Assembly (NCBI GenBank): GCA_030141605.1
Contig: JAQGDQ010000018.1
Span: forward strand, 434,001 to 498,000
DNA length: 64,000 nucleotides
Direction: 5' to 3'
Source: Tubiluchus corallicola
Lineage: Eukaryota; Animalia; Priapulida
Part shown: in pieces, positions 50,993 through 64,000 of the stretch
Position numbering within the stretch: position 1 is the first letter of the stretch
Layout: the number at the start of each line of letters is the position of its first letter
Program-made: the position numbers and the translations under genes
Notes under the pieces: generated by a model
What the model saw: only the letters and a program-made list of their open reading frames with translations
What the model was told of the DNA's origin: nothing
Databases searched by the model: none

Positions 50993-52199
50993 AGGTAAAA
51001 ATGGCACAAACGAAAAAGTAGGTGAAAATGGCACAGGAAAAAACACTTAGTAATATGAGTTTAGGGTTAGAGTTACTGTGGGGAATAATCATTTTAATTA
51101 TTTTTACCTCTGGCAACAAAGTTATGCTTCAGCACAATTTGTTTATTGTACTGTACAAACACTATGTGGAATATTCGTGAATTATTGATTATAATTATAT
51201 TTAATGAACAAAATATTTTGTGAGTCTTTTGCTTGTTTACATAATACCAATAAAGAGGTAAATTTTTGTATTTTTGCTTGTTTTGTCTTAGTTTTAATGG
51301 AATCAAACGAATCAGTTTAAGATTGTTTGGCTTTGGCAGAGAGCTGCTTCCTACTGAGCGTATTTTAGTTTTACTGTAGAAATTAACTGTATGAAAATAA
51401 TATAATTTTTTATGTGTATTCTTATATTTATATACATATCACAAACGTCTTTTTTATCGTGTTGTAATTGAGAAGTTAAAAAATATTTTTGTCAATCTAA
51501 TCATTATAGGCATCTAACATAATGTTAATTCAGAGATACCATTGGTAGTTATTATCTTATGTCTTGCGAAACTAAAAGTGGCTTAGACCCGCTTTTTTAT
51601 AAGCCTTGTGATTGCACGTTCAGCTGGAACGATGCATAGTATTGATACGTATTTCGATGTCAGTACGGTAAGGCAAGTTTATCTTTATGTAACAAACTAA
51701 CACTGTCACCAATAATTATATTATTTTGTTCACGTGTGTGGCCTATTATTTATAGCTATATGGGTTTTATTTTGTCTTACCTTTTAATTTAAAATATTAC
51801 CACACTTGTTTGTCTATCATCTTGTTGCAAAATTTTGCTCACAAACTTACTTACAACTTAGCTGTTAGGTGGATGTAGAGTTCAGAAAATTCTGTTTATT
51901 ATTTCTTCTCTAACCATCCACTCCAAGAATGTGCATCCATCAGAGTTTTCAGACATTAAGATACAGACCTTGGTTTATTATAGGCTTATTCACCTTTTTC
52001 GTGAACCAAGAAATTCATGATCTGAAAAACGGATGAAGGAGGCAGACACTGCACAACACAGTTTATAAAATTTTAATTGAAAACAAACATTTAAATGGCT
52101 GACTTTCACAACGTACCTTACGTATTTTGCATTATATTATTATAGGGTTACGTACATGCACGTCCAAAATATGGAGTTTGTTGTGTGTCTACTAGATGG

Positions 52200-52538
52200 T
52201 GCTGGCGCAGTTATACATTATACTGACTCCTGATGGTATTCTGGACGCTGGGAGCTGCTGGAGCGAGTCGTTGCTACAATATTTGCAGTTGCTTCATGCA
52301 AGAAGTGATAACTACATTAAATAGTTTGCGACAAGCCGCTGGAGTTCATTGGTTACTGAAAAGTCAGAAGGAAGCGCTGAGCAAAATAAAATGCAGTCAT
52401 ATTTTAACTGTTTGAAATACAGGAATTTTTGTTAGTCTACCATGAACGGATAAAAATAAGTGAAGGACTTCTCGAAGATTTCGAATTAGTAATAGATTTC
52501 CATTAGCGAAAAGGCATCCTAAATGTGACTTTGATTAG
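52200..52538 (+). other. Candidate 5' non-coding exon of the plus-strand gene
   Basis: GC-richer segment ending in a consensus TAG|GTAAGT donor at 52538/52539; no long ORF; start approximate. Confidence 0.35.
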
Positions 52539-54354
52539 GTAAGTTTCTGATTTTTGTGCATTTTTCGATACAAGCTTAGAGAGCATCTAATCTAGTTTAA
52601 TTTTTGGTTAATATTTGCTGTTTGTAAATGCAGTATGTCAAACATATCAATTTAATTAAAACTTAGTTGTTTGTTTCGTAATTATAATTGTAGCAATCTT
52701 TCATGGTATTAGGCTATAGGCCTATGGTTATTAAAAATTTGTGCATTAAGTTTTTATATATTAAGTATATCACATACTAAATTTTGTTACGGCACGTTCA
52801 CTGCTGTAGTTGCGTACATTTATGATATTTTTTATTATTATCTTGCTCTTGAGCTATTTTCCTATAATTTGGACATGATAAAGTACAATTACTCAAACTT
52901 CTACATAACAAGTTGAACATTTTGTTGCGTACCAGAAATAGCCTATTGGTTTGAAACGAATGAAAATAGAATTCTGCGTGGGATGTATATAAGGTCATTT
53001 TTCATGCCTCAAAAGCATCCCTATCATCAAGACATTAAGTTGTGTGGAATTTTAAAGCTAAGGGCGTTTTGGCAAATATGAGCGCGTACACGGATATCAC
53101 GCCTCTTCGTGACACACTTTACTACGCTCATGAACTACAACTAAGCATTCCTTACGTGATTTTAATTGCTCTTACGTGACGTCAGTCCTATTCTTTACGC
53201 GCGCACAAAAACATTGTCATTGTTGACCTGTTGTCCTGTTTTAAAAACTTTGATTACCATCAAAACAGAAAGATTGTTTATCAGTTAAGTACTGTAAAGG
53301 CAGTATCCGTATTCTAGAAGCACAGGTTTTGCTAAATTGCGTAAGGATGCAGAACACTATCTGACAAGTTTTGATCTCCAGGGGAGACGATTATAATTTT
53401 TATTACTTTCACTAGTATAGCGTTAGTAAGCCCATGAATACTGTCTAAGTAATGTCAAATGTTGTGAACTTGTGCGCCTTTATTACATTGTGCAACTAGT
53501 CCTGCATTTATCTTCAGTTTTCAAACTTTCATGTGAAAATGAACTGGCGAAATTTAATAAGGTAGGGCTATATGGAAACCAGATGTTTAGTCGTACATAA
53601 AATGCCACTTTTGCTTTCCCAGGATAGTGTTCAAAGTTTGCTGGCCTGAGAATATGAAGTTGTTTGTTTATCTGTCAACTGCCGTTTTACCACATTTGAA
53701 TAAAGTCATTGCAGTCATCAATTAAGCTCATTTTTGTAAAGAATCATTTTACAATGTGTGCGTGTTCGGCTTCATCGAATTGTTGCGGTTTTTCCATGCG
53801 ATACCTTCATTTATGAGAAAAAAGATTCCGTATTGCCAAATTTAAAGTCTACGGTATAGTCGGTGATTTCGCCAATGTGTATATGCCTTAAAGGGCTAGA
53901 ACTAATTCCTAGAAGTGACCTTATACGTTTAAAAGGCAAAAAGTTATTTCAGGTTTGACCCAGTTGCTCTTCTGATGCGGTAAACGTTTGAAACCTAACT
54001 CTAGTGACTGTAAATGCTGCACATGTCAGTGGACAGTCTAACAGAGGTTGAAATAAGAGCAACACGGCTTGGTGTTTCTACAGAGAAAACTAAACAAGGG
54101 ATTGACTTGGCTAGTCAATCGCACGTTATTGTTGATTTTACAGTTGCTAATACAAGTACATGCCTGTTATTGCCTTCTAACTGCTGATATCTGCGAAACT
54201 GTTATTGTGTAATTGGATGCGTACAAGATTAGTCGAAAGGTTACTAAGATTAGCTGCTAGGAATTAATTATAAAAAGGTGATGTCGTTGTGCTTCACTTT
54301 TAACCAACAATCATATTATTCCTTGCAATAATTTCCATTTCAACCAAGTTACAT

Positions 54355-54465
54355 TATATATACATACCATACACACACACGCACGCACGCACGCACACAC
54401 ACACACAAACACAAACACACATATATACATGATATACATTTCATATATCATACATATCATATATA
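54355..54465. repeat. Compound (CA)n/(CGCA)n/(TA)n microsatellite
   Basis: acacacac gcacgcacgcac acacac run. Confidence 0.85.
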
Positions 54466-57400
54466 AATAAAATGTAATTGACTGCATGTGATAATAGTTA
54501 CGGTGAATTCCTTGGGCACGGTAGCTTATGCCTATCACTTTCCGTTTTGTTAATTATTTATAGATTGTACGTTGATTACCTGTTATCAAACATTCTAAGT
54601 AGTCACAATTATGATAATGTAATTAACCGGCATAGAAGTTCGAGTATTAGAGCATGAAGAAAGGTCAACTACATGTAAGGTTCTCACGTCAGTTTTGGTT
54701 TGGATGAATGGCATTTAATAGTAGGAATTTGTTAAACAGGCATCAGTTAATGAGTCGTGTGTAAACAGTAATTGTTTTATTGTATGACGTCGTAATTTAT
54801 TACCTGACGTTTTGAGAGGTGTGACACCTGTAGCACTTGCGTTTACTACATAGGACATAAAGGTCAACCGCTTTTTTGCTCGTAATATTATTATAGGCTC
54901 AACTCGTTCACGATTTGCGAATAAGGAAGGTAGCAACTCTGGCACCATTGAGTTTGCAACATTTTGGAATTTAGGCCATTTTCGTAGAGTTTCGAAATAA
55001 AAAAGCCACTGTTAAAGCAATTTTAGTGAAATATTCGCACTGTCTGACAACCTTCACTTCGTCGTATTATTGCGCATTATCGGCAATTGCATGTTGGAAT
55101 GAAAATATATGATAATCAGATTCACCTTTGAAACCTGCATGTCACGTCTTGGTGGACATCCATGCATTCACAAGCAGACAAGTAGTACCGCGCAGAGAGA
55201 GAAATAGTTCCTAAAATTGATAAACAAAGCAACTGCATTGAATTTTTAAATGTTAACCACATGAATCCAGAAACCCAAAAACGTTTAGCACACTGGACTC
55301 GAACTCGGATTCTGTCCATCGACAACAGAACCAATCCCTCTTACTTCCTACTTTAGCAATTGAATAGAAACGCGTATAAAATACAAAAACATCCCAAAAC
55401 ACGGACAAATAAATACTTGGCATCCAATTCTGAGGTGTAAAAAGTATAGGTTTTAATTTTTATGGTTTGAATGCAGAAGATTTTGCTATGACTTGTTCCT
55501 TGCGCAATGCTGAAAGCAGCGGCTTCGGTCTCTGTTTCGCGATGTGAACGCAAACTTCACACTGACGCAAACAACACCCTCTAGTGTAAATCAGGTATAA
55601 AATATCTATTATTTAAGAGATTAAATGTGCAGAGGTTAAACATCTCTATTCTAAACAGGCAGATGGGTCTACAGCTCAGTAAATACTTCTGTATAGGAAA
55701 TAATGTTGCTCTATTTTTCTTAATGAAATAGCTTGCGCAGTGTATCTACAAGGTCTAGCCCACTTTTGTTAAATTTTGTGACATTGATGATTTTTAATCA
55801 TAATAACTGTAAACGTACATGAATTTATACAGACCAAGTGTATAAACCATATGCAATATTTAGTTAAGTAGTATTCTGTGTGTACAATCATATAGGCCAT
55901 GTAGTAAGTATTTGCGACGTTGCAAAAAATAAAAAGATATACTTTCCTCCATCAGAGAGATTTCTGTTTTACAGAAAAATATTAAACCCTTTTTGAATAA
56001 TCTTAATACGTCACAGCGCGTATTTTGCATAGCTCATACTTACTGAAAACGTACAGACGGATGTACGTTATACATATATTAGCCTAAATTGCCTCATTAA
56101 AATCACACTGAATGCCAAGACAAACACTCTGACTTTTGCTGTAATTATGATTACGGCATATGCGAGATCTCATATTCCCGTTCGTACAAATAGCCCACAC
56201 AAACAGGCATTAGTTAACGAATTTATATTACACAATAGTAATCTCAAAGTCTGTTATTAAGATTTTGCAGCCTGTACGGCATTCTACGCTATTGTCAAAT
56301 AAACTAAGATTTGATTTTGTATGCACAGACCTGCAACTATTACTATGTAAATTGCAAACGGAAGTAGTAATAAAATAAGTACTTGATAAATTAAATTTCT
56401 TGCAAGGCAATAATATTACAAAACAGAACTCGCAAGAGATTCTCAGAAGTTTTGGAATGATAAAATAGCAATCACTGTCGCGTTAATCGTGTAATTTAAT
56501 GTTTGCTAAATTTATGGTCTCATAAAATTCGATTATGGCTGTTAAATGAATGTTTCCTATTGAAATATGTCGCTGTATATGCTATTCAGAGGCATGCTTG
56601 CAGGTTCATAAACAAATTTATTGTTTAATTTATTTATTGTCCTATTTAAGTATTTGCATTTATTCACCCCTTTCTGTAATATTGTTGTACACGCTTGGTT
56701 TATGAACAAAATAATTATATATTACTGTGCCGTACTTTCGTGAACTTCCTGTCCAGCTTGTCTTTCCTGTTACAGACGCGTTCTTTGTATTGATGCCCTT
56801 GAACCTTTAGAGAAAATAACTAATATAGACAACTTTGGAGCGTGCTGCTAGTCCTTTGTATGTGTGATATCAGTTTGCAGGCGGTTCTGAAGACTGATAG
56901 TTAATGCATCTGTTTATCTTGTCCCGTTAGAGATGTAAACAATATTGGGATCTGCATAAACGCACCCACGTGACTGTGCGAGAGACGAATGTCAGGCTGT
57001 CCAAATGACTGAACATTTTGACTTTACCAACAGCAAAGACAGATACAAGTTGAGTAAAACTGATGTTAATGACTTAGAACTGATTTACACAATCGGTAAA
57101 TACAATAACACAAGCCAACAAGTAGCAATGAAAAATAAATACTGACGTTATACGTTTCAGCTGTTGTTTTCGAGCGAGTCTGTAGTGATGAATAAATTTT
57201 GATGAAGCGCGGGTGTTTACGGACAGGCTGGGGACTACATCAGTATTGCAGACGTGATATTAGCAGTGATTGTAATTATACTGATATATTACTACAGTAT
57301 ACGATTTATGTTGTGAGAACTCTAGTAATCCTGTAACTAATTAGGCCTACTTGTGTTGTTAAGCCAAATGTCAATATGCTTAGGAAACTTTTGGGTTATT

Positions 57401-60400
57401 CTTTCAGGTTTTCACAAAGGCTAAGGATTTTCGCCCGAATTTAATGCGTGTAATTTAACCGTAGACCATTACTTGTCCACCTATTGTATTAAACATACAC
57501 CTGCATTGTCAGAGACAAGTTATTTTTTTGAATGATCTTAACAATATTGACAAACGAGGATTCTGCTGCAGAATGGGTGTTTATTCTACCTGTGTAGGAA
57601 CCATGACTGTGGGTGTCTACGCCGGAACTGATTTGATAATTCTCTTGTTATAGCGAGGAATTAACAGGCCGAAGGCTAGTACCTTTGTGGAAGCGTAAAT
57701 ACATTTAAGGTGCACGTCACTGGTTTACTATAACAGCAATGTCAAGAATAAAATCAAATGGTATACACTGTGTATCTCATGCTGCTATTATGTGCTGCTG
57801 AAATGCAACTAATTTCACAGTTTTCATAACAAATGTTTTCTGGCATCAGTTGATTAATCATTAAGAAGCTAATTAATGATTAATTAATTCATTCATCATA
57901 ACGAGTCAGCTATTGAACCGTTTCTTCATTCTAGCTTTTCTTTGCTGTCAGGAAAAGTAAAACAGATTTTTATAAATACACAAACTTAATTTCGATAACA
58001 ATCTTCGAGTGTATGCACATAGTATTCAACAATTGCTTCGAATAATAATTAAAGTTTAAAGTGAACATCTAAAGATCAGCACTCTTTATCTCCATGAGAG
58101 TTTCACAAAGAATTTTCCACTGGCACACTAAACAGGCTGTCTGTCCTCGTAAAACGTGTAAGTCACGATGTAACTTACTATAGGCTATAATGCACTAAAG
58201 CATCGTAAAGTGTGGATTTATCTGCGCTTAGCATGGCGATAAAGAGGTGAAATATCGTGGGAAATGAGTTGCGGAATGCAGGTACGTCATTCAGTGGTCA
58301 GCATATAGGTGCTGAATTGTTGCTGAGTTATGTCCGGGTATTCCACGTGAGAAAACAAGAAATAATGTACAGCTTAATCAGACCATTGCTCGATTTTAAG
58401 TAATTGCTGGAGATTGATCCAACTGATACGTAATTTGGGTAATATTAAAAACACTATTCACACCCATATTGTCACAAAATTAAGAATTCTTCTTCTTATA
58501 TACTATGTGTTCTGGCTTAGCTAAATTCTGATGAAACAGATAAATCTGTGTTTTTCAAAAAGAGTACCGATTCATATTAAAACGTATTAGTTGTTGTTGA
58601 ATGTACAACTGTTCAAGTACTTTACTATTCTCGTTCAGTTTGATGTTTTCATCCCATGCTGGTATTATAAACTTGTGGTTGTCAAAAGCGGGTATTTTGG
58701 CAGGTGTGCAAAAATCACAAACTTCTGCAAGTGTTAACTCGATGTTTTCAAAAATTGTTATAGAACAAAGCTTGTAAGATGAGTGTAAATGCAGGTGTCG
58801 ACCAGCTTCCAAGCGATCAGTCAACAATGTCATGATTGAAGGAAGTTGCACAACGCATGTCGGACGTTCAAACGAAGTGCTGGACTTAAAGTGAATTTCA
58901 ATGATTTATTATTGCCGTTCAAAAGCCCGTATATCTATCTAGTGTCCTAGCGGAAATTAATGGCATCCAATAGGCGTGTATTTGCAGACGCGACCAGCTG
59001 CTGTTTGCAGGTGCTAGAGGATTAAGTGAATTGCATCAGATATAATGACAGGGTCCTGATAAAAGTGAGCAGAGCACGTGTCGGATTCCCTTTCTGGGCA
59101 TTCTCTCTGCCTGACATGGTTAATCTATCATCCCTAGCCATGTCAAACAACATGAATTTACATGCGCGTGCAAGTATCGTCTCTTGCCGCCATTTAACGT
59201 TTCTTCGCTTTTTCTTTTCGTTTACGTCTGACTTTCTCCTATGAGCTTTTCATGTGTAATGAACCAGTGAAAGCTCTTTCAATTTTCCCCGTACACATCA
59301 GCATGACACGAGTACTGTCTACCGAAGTCGAGTTGCTAGGGTCTCAGGTGTTTCAATACGCCAGGCCACGTCTTTGTTAGCTTGTATTCTCCTTTATACT
59401 TTACAGAGTGCGCAGAACTAAAAGATGTTAATTTAATCCAGTATACCTTACTTTGTACAAAGTTAAACGCTCTAATGTTATAAAGCGAATAATCTAACAT
59501 GAAGATCAGTAAAAACTCCCTTTCAGTAAATTAATTGAAAGTAATACTGAAGTCTATTGTAAATGGATTTTTTGTAGCGACGCTGCAATAGCAAAACTAA
59601 ACTATAACCCTTCACGCATAAAATGAACAGGAATTAAAGTGCATGGCTGACAAACTTTGAATTAATCATTTCACCTCAACTAATGTTTTTTACATCCATC
59701 TTTTCAAGTCTAAAGTCATCCCATAAGTAGTTATATGAACCCCCATTGTGATTATCAAATCATAAAATTGTTTCTGAAAGCCTGGTTCCTGTTATTATGG
59801 GAATGCCCGGGTCGGGACATCAAAATTAAATCATTTTGACCTGTTATTCAAGTTTCTGGATCAAGACTTTTCCATTACCACACCTTGTAGTGGCTGCTCA
59901 TGCAGAATACGAATTATTATAAGATAATTTTTCATCAGTCATAAATCAGCAATGCCATTCACCCGCAGATTTAGAAGAGAATCACTACACAATATGACAG
60001 TTTGTGGTTGTTGTAATTGATTGGGTCACACATTTGTAAAGTTACTATTCGCATCCATAATCGCTGCCAGTCACGCCAATGTTATCCTTCTTTGTAGGAT
60101 AATTTTGTTTCTATAAACAAGTTTAAGGGCTGATTAATACAAGCACAAAGCGTCAAGGGTCAGAAAGTGTAAATGTCGCAAAAATTCTATGCCGCGAGTA
60201 AAAAAGCTTCCTGTGCCAAACGTTGCTCTATTGTGCTTTTGTTTGACATTGTGGTCTTCATTACCAGGTTAATTTTTTCGCTTAATATATTTTCCATCTA
60301 CTTCTTTTTTCTTTCACTCACGCGATGCAATTTTACATTGTAATAAATGGGCTACTAGTATACAGAAGGCCTGATGCATCAGTAATGGCTATCTTATTAC

Positions 60401-60621
60401 GTATATTGTAAGTAGGTCACGCACCTTTTCATAAAATCTGCATAAAATAGTTTTAATAAAAACTTTAGTTTTTCGCGCTGGTATATGACAAAAGTAATTT
60501 TCATTTAGATACCCGGCACTGCATAAAGTATTTGAAGAAAATAAAATTTATAAACACACTGCGTTGCCGTTTGCAATCCGTAACTGACCAAAAAGTGTTT
60601 AAAGTGTGAGATACATCTACG

Positions 60622-60836
60622 CGGTGACCGGTAATAGTCACAGGAAAAAAATCAAGGAAAAAGTCACAATATTTTTGGCTGTGGTTAGGGATACGGGTTA
60701 GGGTCAAGGTTAGGGCTCGGATTAGGGCTAGGGTTATTGTCATTTCGTTTTTCCTGTACCTTTTTCCCTGTGACTTTTTTCTGGTAACTTTTTTTTTACT
60801 TGTGACTTTTTACCTGTAAATTTTTTATCTGGATTC
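60622..60836. mobile_element. MITE-like element with inverted subterminal repeats around a degenerate (TTAGGG)n core
   Basis: AAAAAGTCACA(GG) repeats on the left, (CC)TGTGACTTTTT repeats on the right, GGTTAGGG-like hexamers at about 60683-60735. Confidence 0.6.
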
Positions 60837-61268
60837 ATGTTTGCAGCGAAAACTTTAGCGTACGTTTGCAGCGAAATTGTGCATATATAGTTACATCAAG
60901 ATTACCTTGTGCAGACATTGCTACCTCACATTTTAAACACTATTTTTATTTAATTGTCCGTTTCAAAGAATTGTCTTTATTAAAATCGTTTTTCAAATAT
61001 TCTCTGCAGTGCAATGCGTAATTAAATGAAATTTATTTATGCTACGTGCCAACTGCAAAAATGCGTGACTAGTTAGTTGTATGCAGCATGCACATAGAAA
61101 ATACGCTACACTACTCCTTCTTGTAATTTATGCAGCGTTAACCTAATAAACTGGTGTATTTATTTTTTATGTTATAGTGTCACGTTTTTATGTTTAGTGT
61201 TTAGTTTAGTTCAGTTCGATATGTTTAGTTTTATGAGAGCAGTAAACATAATTATTGTACAGGGAGCC

Positions 61269-61451
61269 ATGTTGAAGCATGTGTCAACGACGAACCTTCG
61301 ACGAAAGGCGTCACTGGATACGGTCGGGTCGACCGGAAGTACAAGCAGCGGAAGTACGCAAGGATCTCGAACGAGTCTGCATACCTTGGGACTGCATAGT
61401 GAAACGTCTAGTAATACCTCACATACAAGCGACACCAGTGAACCTGAATAT
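61269..61451 (+). CDS. Ser/Thr-rich coding exon (probably first coding exon) of an unidentified plus-strand gene
   Basis: tacag acceptor (exon starts 61263), GCCATG start context, open frame MLKHVSTTNLRRKASLDTVGSTGSTSSGS...EPEY, TAT|GTAAGT donor, raised GC. Confidence 0.7.
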
Positions 61452-62345
61452 GTAAGTATGCGGATAACTGCAGTTACACTTTTTTGTTAATTTGGTAAAA
61501 TTGGGCATAACAAGTGGGCCTTTCGTTGAGGACATTATCGGTCAGCATACTTAATAACTTAAAAAATTAAGAAAGGCAAGCCCACAAAGGGTGCGCTCGT
61601 CGATATCTAGCAGAACAAATACGATACTGAGTCGAATAATTGCTTTAACGTTAACTCACGCTGTTTCTCCTTGGCTTTATAAACACCCATCTCCTCTTGT
61701 TTTGGTTCCAGTTTGGAATAAGCCTCTAAACAGCCACTCATTCTTTACTAGGAAAACATGTTTAATATTTTTGTTTGCTAATCACGCATTGCCTTGCGAG
61801 TGAGGCAACAGGCTTCATCTGGGAGGTCCAGATCAACAACAAACCTCTTCAATGTTTATCAAGCATCCTGTTGCCTGCCCAGAGGCGTGCGTTGGACAAC
61901 AAAGTTTCACTGTTTTCTGTAGAGTCCGGTTTCAGTGACAGGTGTTTTGTGGTTTTACGGCCGCCATCATCCTCGTGTATTAACACAGGCCTGTACTACC
62001 AAATGCCTGTCAACGTTACATGTTATTTTTTGTGGCGGTGGTCAAACTGATACTCTTGCAGCTGCATCTATTCAGTTTCAACTAATTGAAAAAACTCCTT
62101 TGAAAATATCGGGCATGTGGCTTAGCATACTTCATCTGGGCATCTGGTAAAATTTGATCTTATGCTTTCACACTCTTTGTCTTTCCTCATTTTTCACCAA
62201 ATACTTTGCAATACTTTGCATTGCATTTTTTGACCCACATACCAAATATTTTCAAAACTTTCAGCTTATCACACTAATCGCTTATTAATAAGGTAAAATT
62301 TGCTTTTTCACGTCTATTTTATATCAACACTATTTTGTGTACGTT

Positions 62346-62480
<135 letters not shown>

Positions 62481-64000
62481 TTTTCTGCAAAATTACATTA
62501 CTTGATTAACAATCAAACTTTTTGTCACCATACTATTAGCTAAATGTATACATAGATATATGACAAATATTTATTCAGATTCGCTGTAATACAATGAATT
62601 TAATTTCATCACTAAGCCTTCGGCGGTCGGTGTATTAGTTTGTCTCCGCTTTGCATTTAGTACATTTCGCTCTTCTTCTCCTTTAGCCTACAAAGTGAAA
62701 CTTCTTCAACCACGTATTCTGAAACGTACTTTCCGTATATAAATGCAATTCGTTCACACTGCACACTCTAACTTGCCTGAATCAAACTTGTAACTCTCAT
62801 CGGCTGAGGGCATAAGTACATTTCCATTTCATGGCTATAACGTCTTTTATGTAAAAGTTTGCTTGTTTCAAAAATTAAAATTAGCGAACAATGAAAACTG
62901 GAATTTTTTAAATTGTTATTATATTTAAACAAACGCTAAACAATACGTCGCTACATTCCCATGACAATTTTCTTGTCAATTTGCTTGCGTTTCCAAAGTT
63001 CCCAACTGCCAAACTTGCATGGGAACCTCATAAGGTTTGTACCAGAAGTGGTACTTATCAGCTGGGAACGGTAATTTGAGAAAAAATGTTAATTGCCCTA
63101 TTCGACATTTACAATGGTGAGAGTGAGATTTCAGTCATAGCCCAATAGAGACTTGCATTTAGAAAGAGTTAAGAATCCTTCGAGTTAGTGACTAGTACTA
63201 ACTCATAGATTGTGGTCAAGTGTTGCTGCTAAGGTGCTTAGCTGAGAAAAGCCCCAGGACATGCATGGTTACTTTGAGGGGAGTTGCAAAAATACATTTT
63301 TGGAACATTTACGCCCAAAAATATCTAAATAATAAGACATTTCAATTTTTTCCATTAAAATAGGCAGTCCACTAAACTGCAAAAATCATAGACCATTATA
63401 ACTTGAATCAAATCTTGCTATTTTTCGCTAAAATCCTATTTGTGACTTAATCTATTTGAAGGTGCGGTCTCCACATACCAGACTTCTCGGGTTTAAACTA
63501 CAATTATCACCCTGGGGCCACGGAAATGTTTACAAAAGACGGCGGACATTTTTCACGCCATAAATCTCCTTTCAACTTTCATTTCTTAATGAAGGAATAA
63601 TCCTCCCGCTGAGTTTATGCAACCGCGTGGCCGATAACGGTCGCTTGGTGCCTGTCAAAATTTCTTTGAATATAGATTTTGAAATTTATAATAAGACGCC
63701 GTGGTGAAAGGCCCACACGTCTAGTATTTTTTTGTTAATATACTATTCGCTCTTGAAAACGGATAACTTGGAGTCATTGTTATTCACATAATTACTGTGC
63801 TATAATGCAGCCTACAATTTATGCAACTTTTTGTGTTTTTAAATTTGATTATACATATCAAAGTACGAGTAAGTAATGCAAAAAGTTACATGGCTGGGCC
63901 TAATTAGTTTATATGAAATAAATAGTTATAAAAATAGAAACCGGGCTAGAGTGGTTGTGTTACTGGTTCTGTGTTCATACTATAAAACATTTCTAACTTA

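Noticed and set aside
58555-59244. ORFs at 58555-58851 and 59026-59244
   Set aside because: No recognisable domain and no convincing paired splice sites

Overview
AT-rich eukaryotic genomic DNA, most likely from an invertebrate bilaterian; nothing in it looks prokaryotic and there is no CRISPR array. Positions 314-42953 on the minus strand carry the 5' half of a giant LDL-receptor-family gene with LRP1 architecture. I traced 43 GT-AG exons with compatible phases (6624 nt, 2208 codons). They encode LDLa cluster I (3 repeats), 2 EGF, YWTD propellers 1-2, LDLa cluster II (8 repeats) and EGF/propellers 3-5. The gene runs off the left edge and its signal-peptide exon was not located. Its introns contain a decayed CR1/L2-type LINE, a pogo-like MITE, a TTAA-flanked DNA transposon inserted in an 84-bp minisatellite and itself carrying a hAT-like MITE, a 49-bp satellite with higher-order structure, and two tandem duplications that copy splice sites. 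The most interesting signal is a set of candidate frame-preserving phase-1 micro-exons (3-63 nt), some near Rbfox-type UGCAUG motifs, suggesting unannotated alternative splicing. These are predictions from splice signals only. The right third holds promoter-like CpG-richer DNA, TE relics and one clear exon of an unidentified divergently transcribed plus-strand gene.
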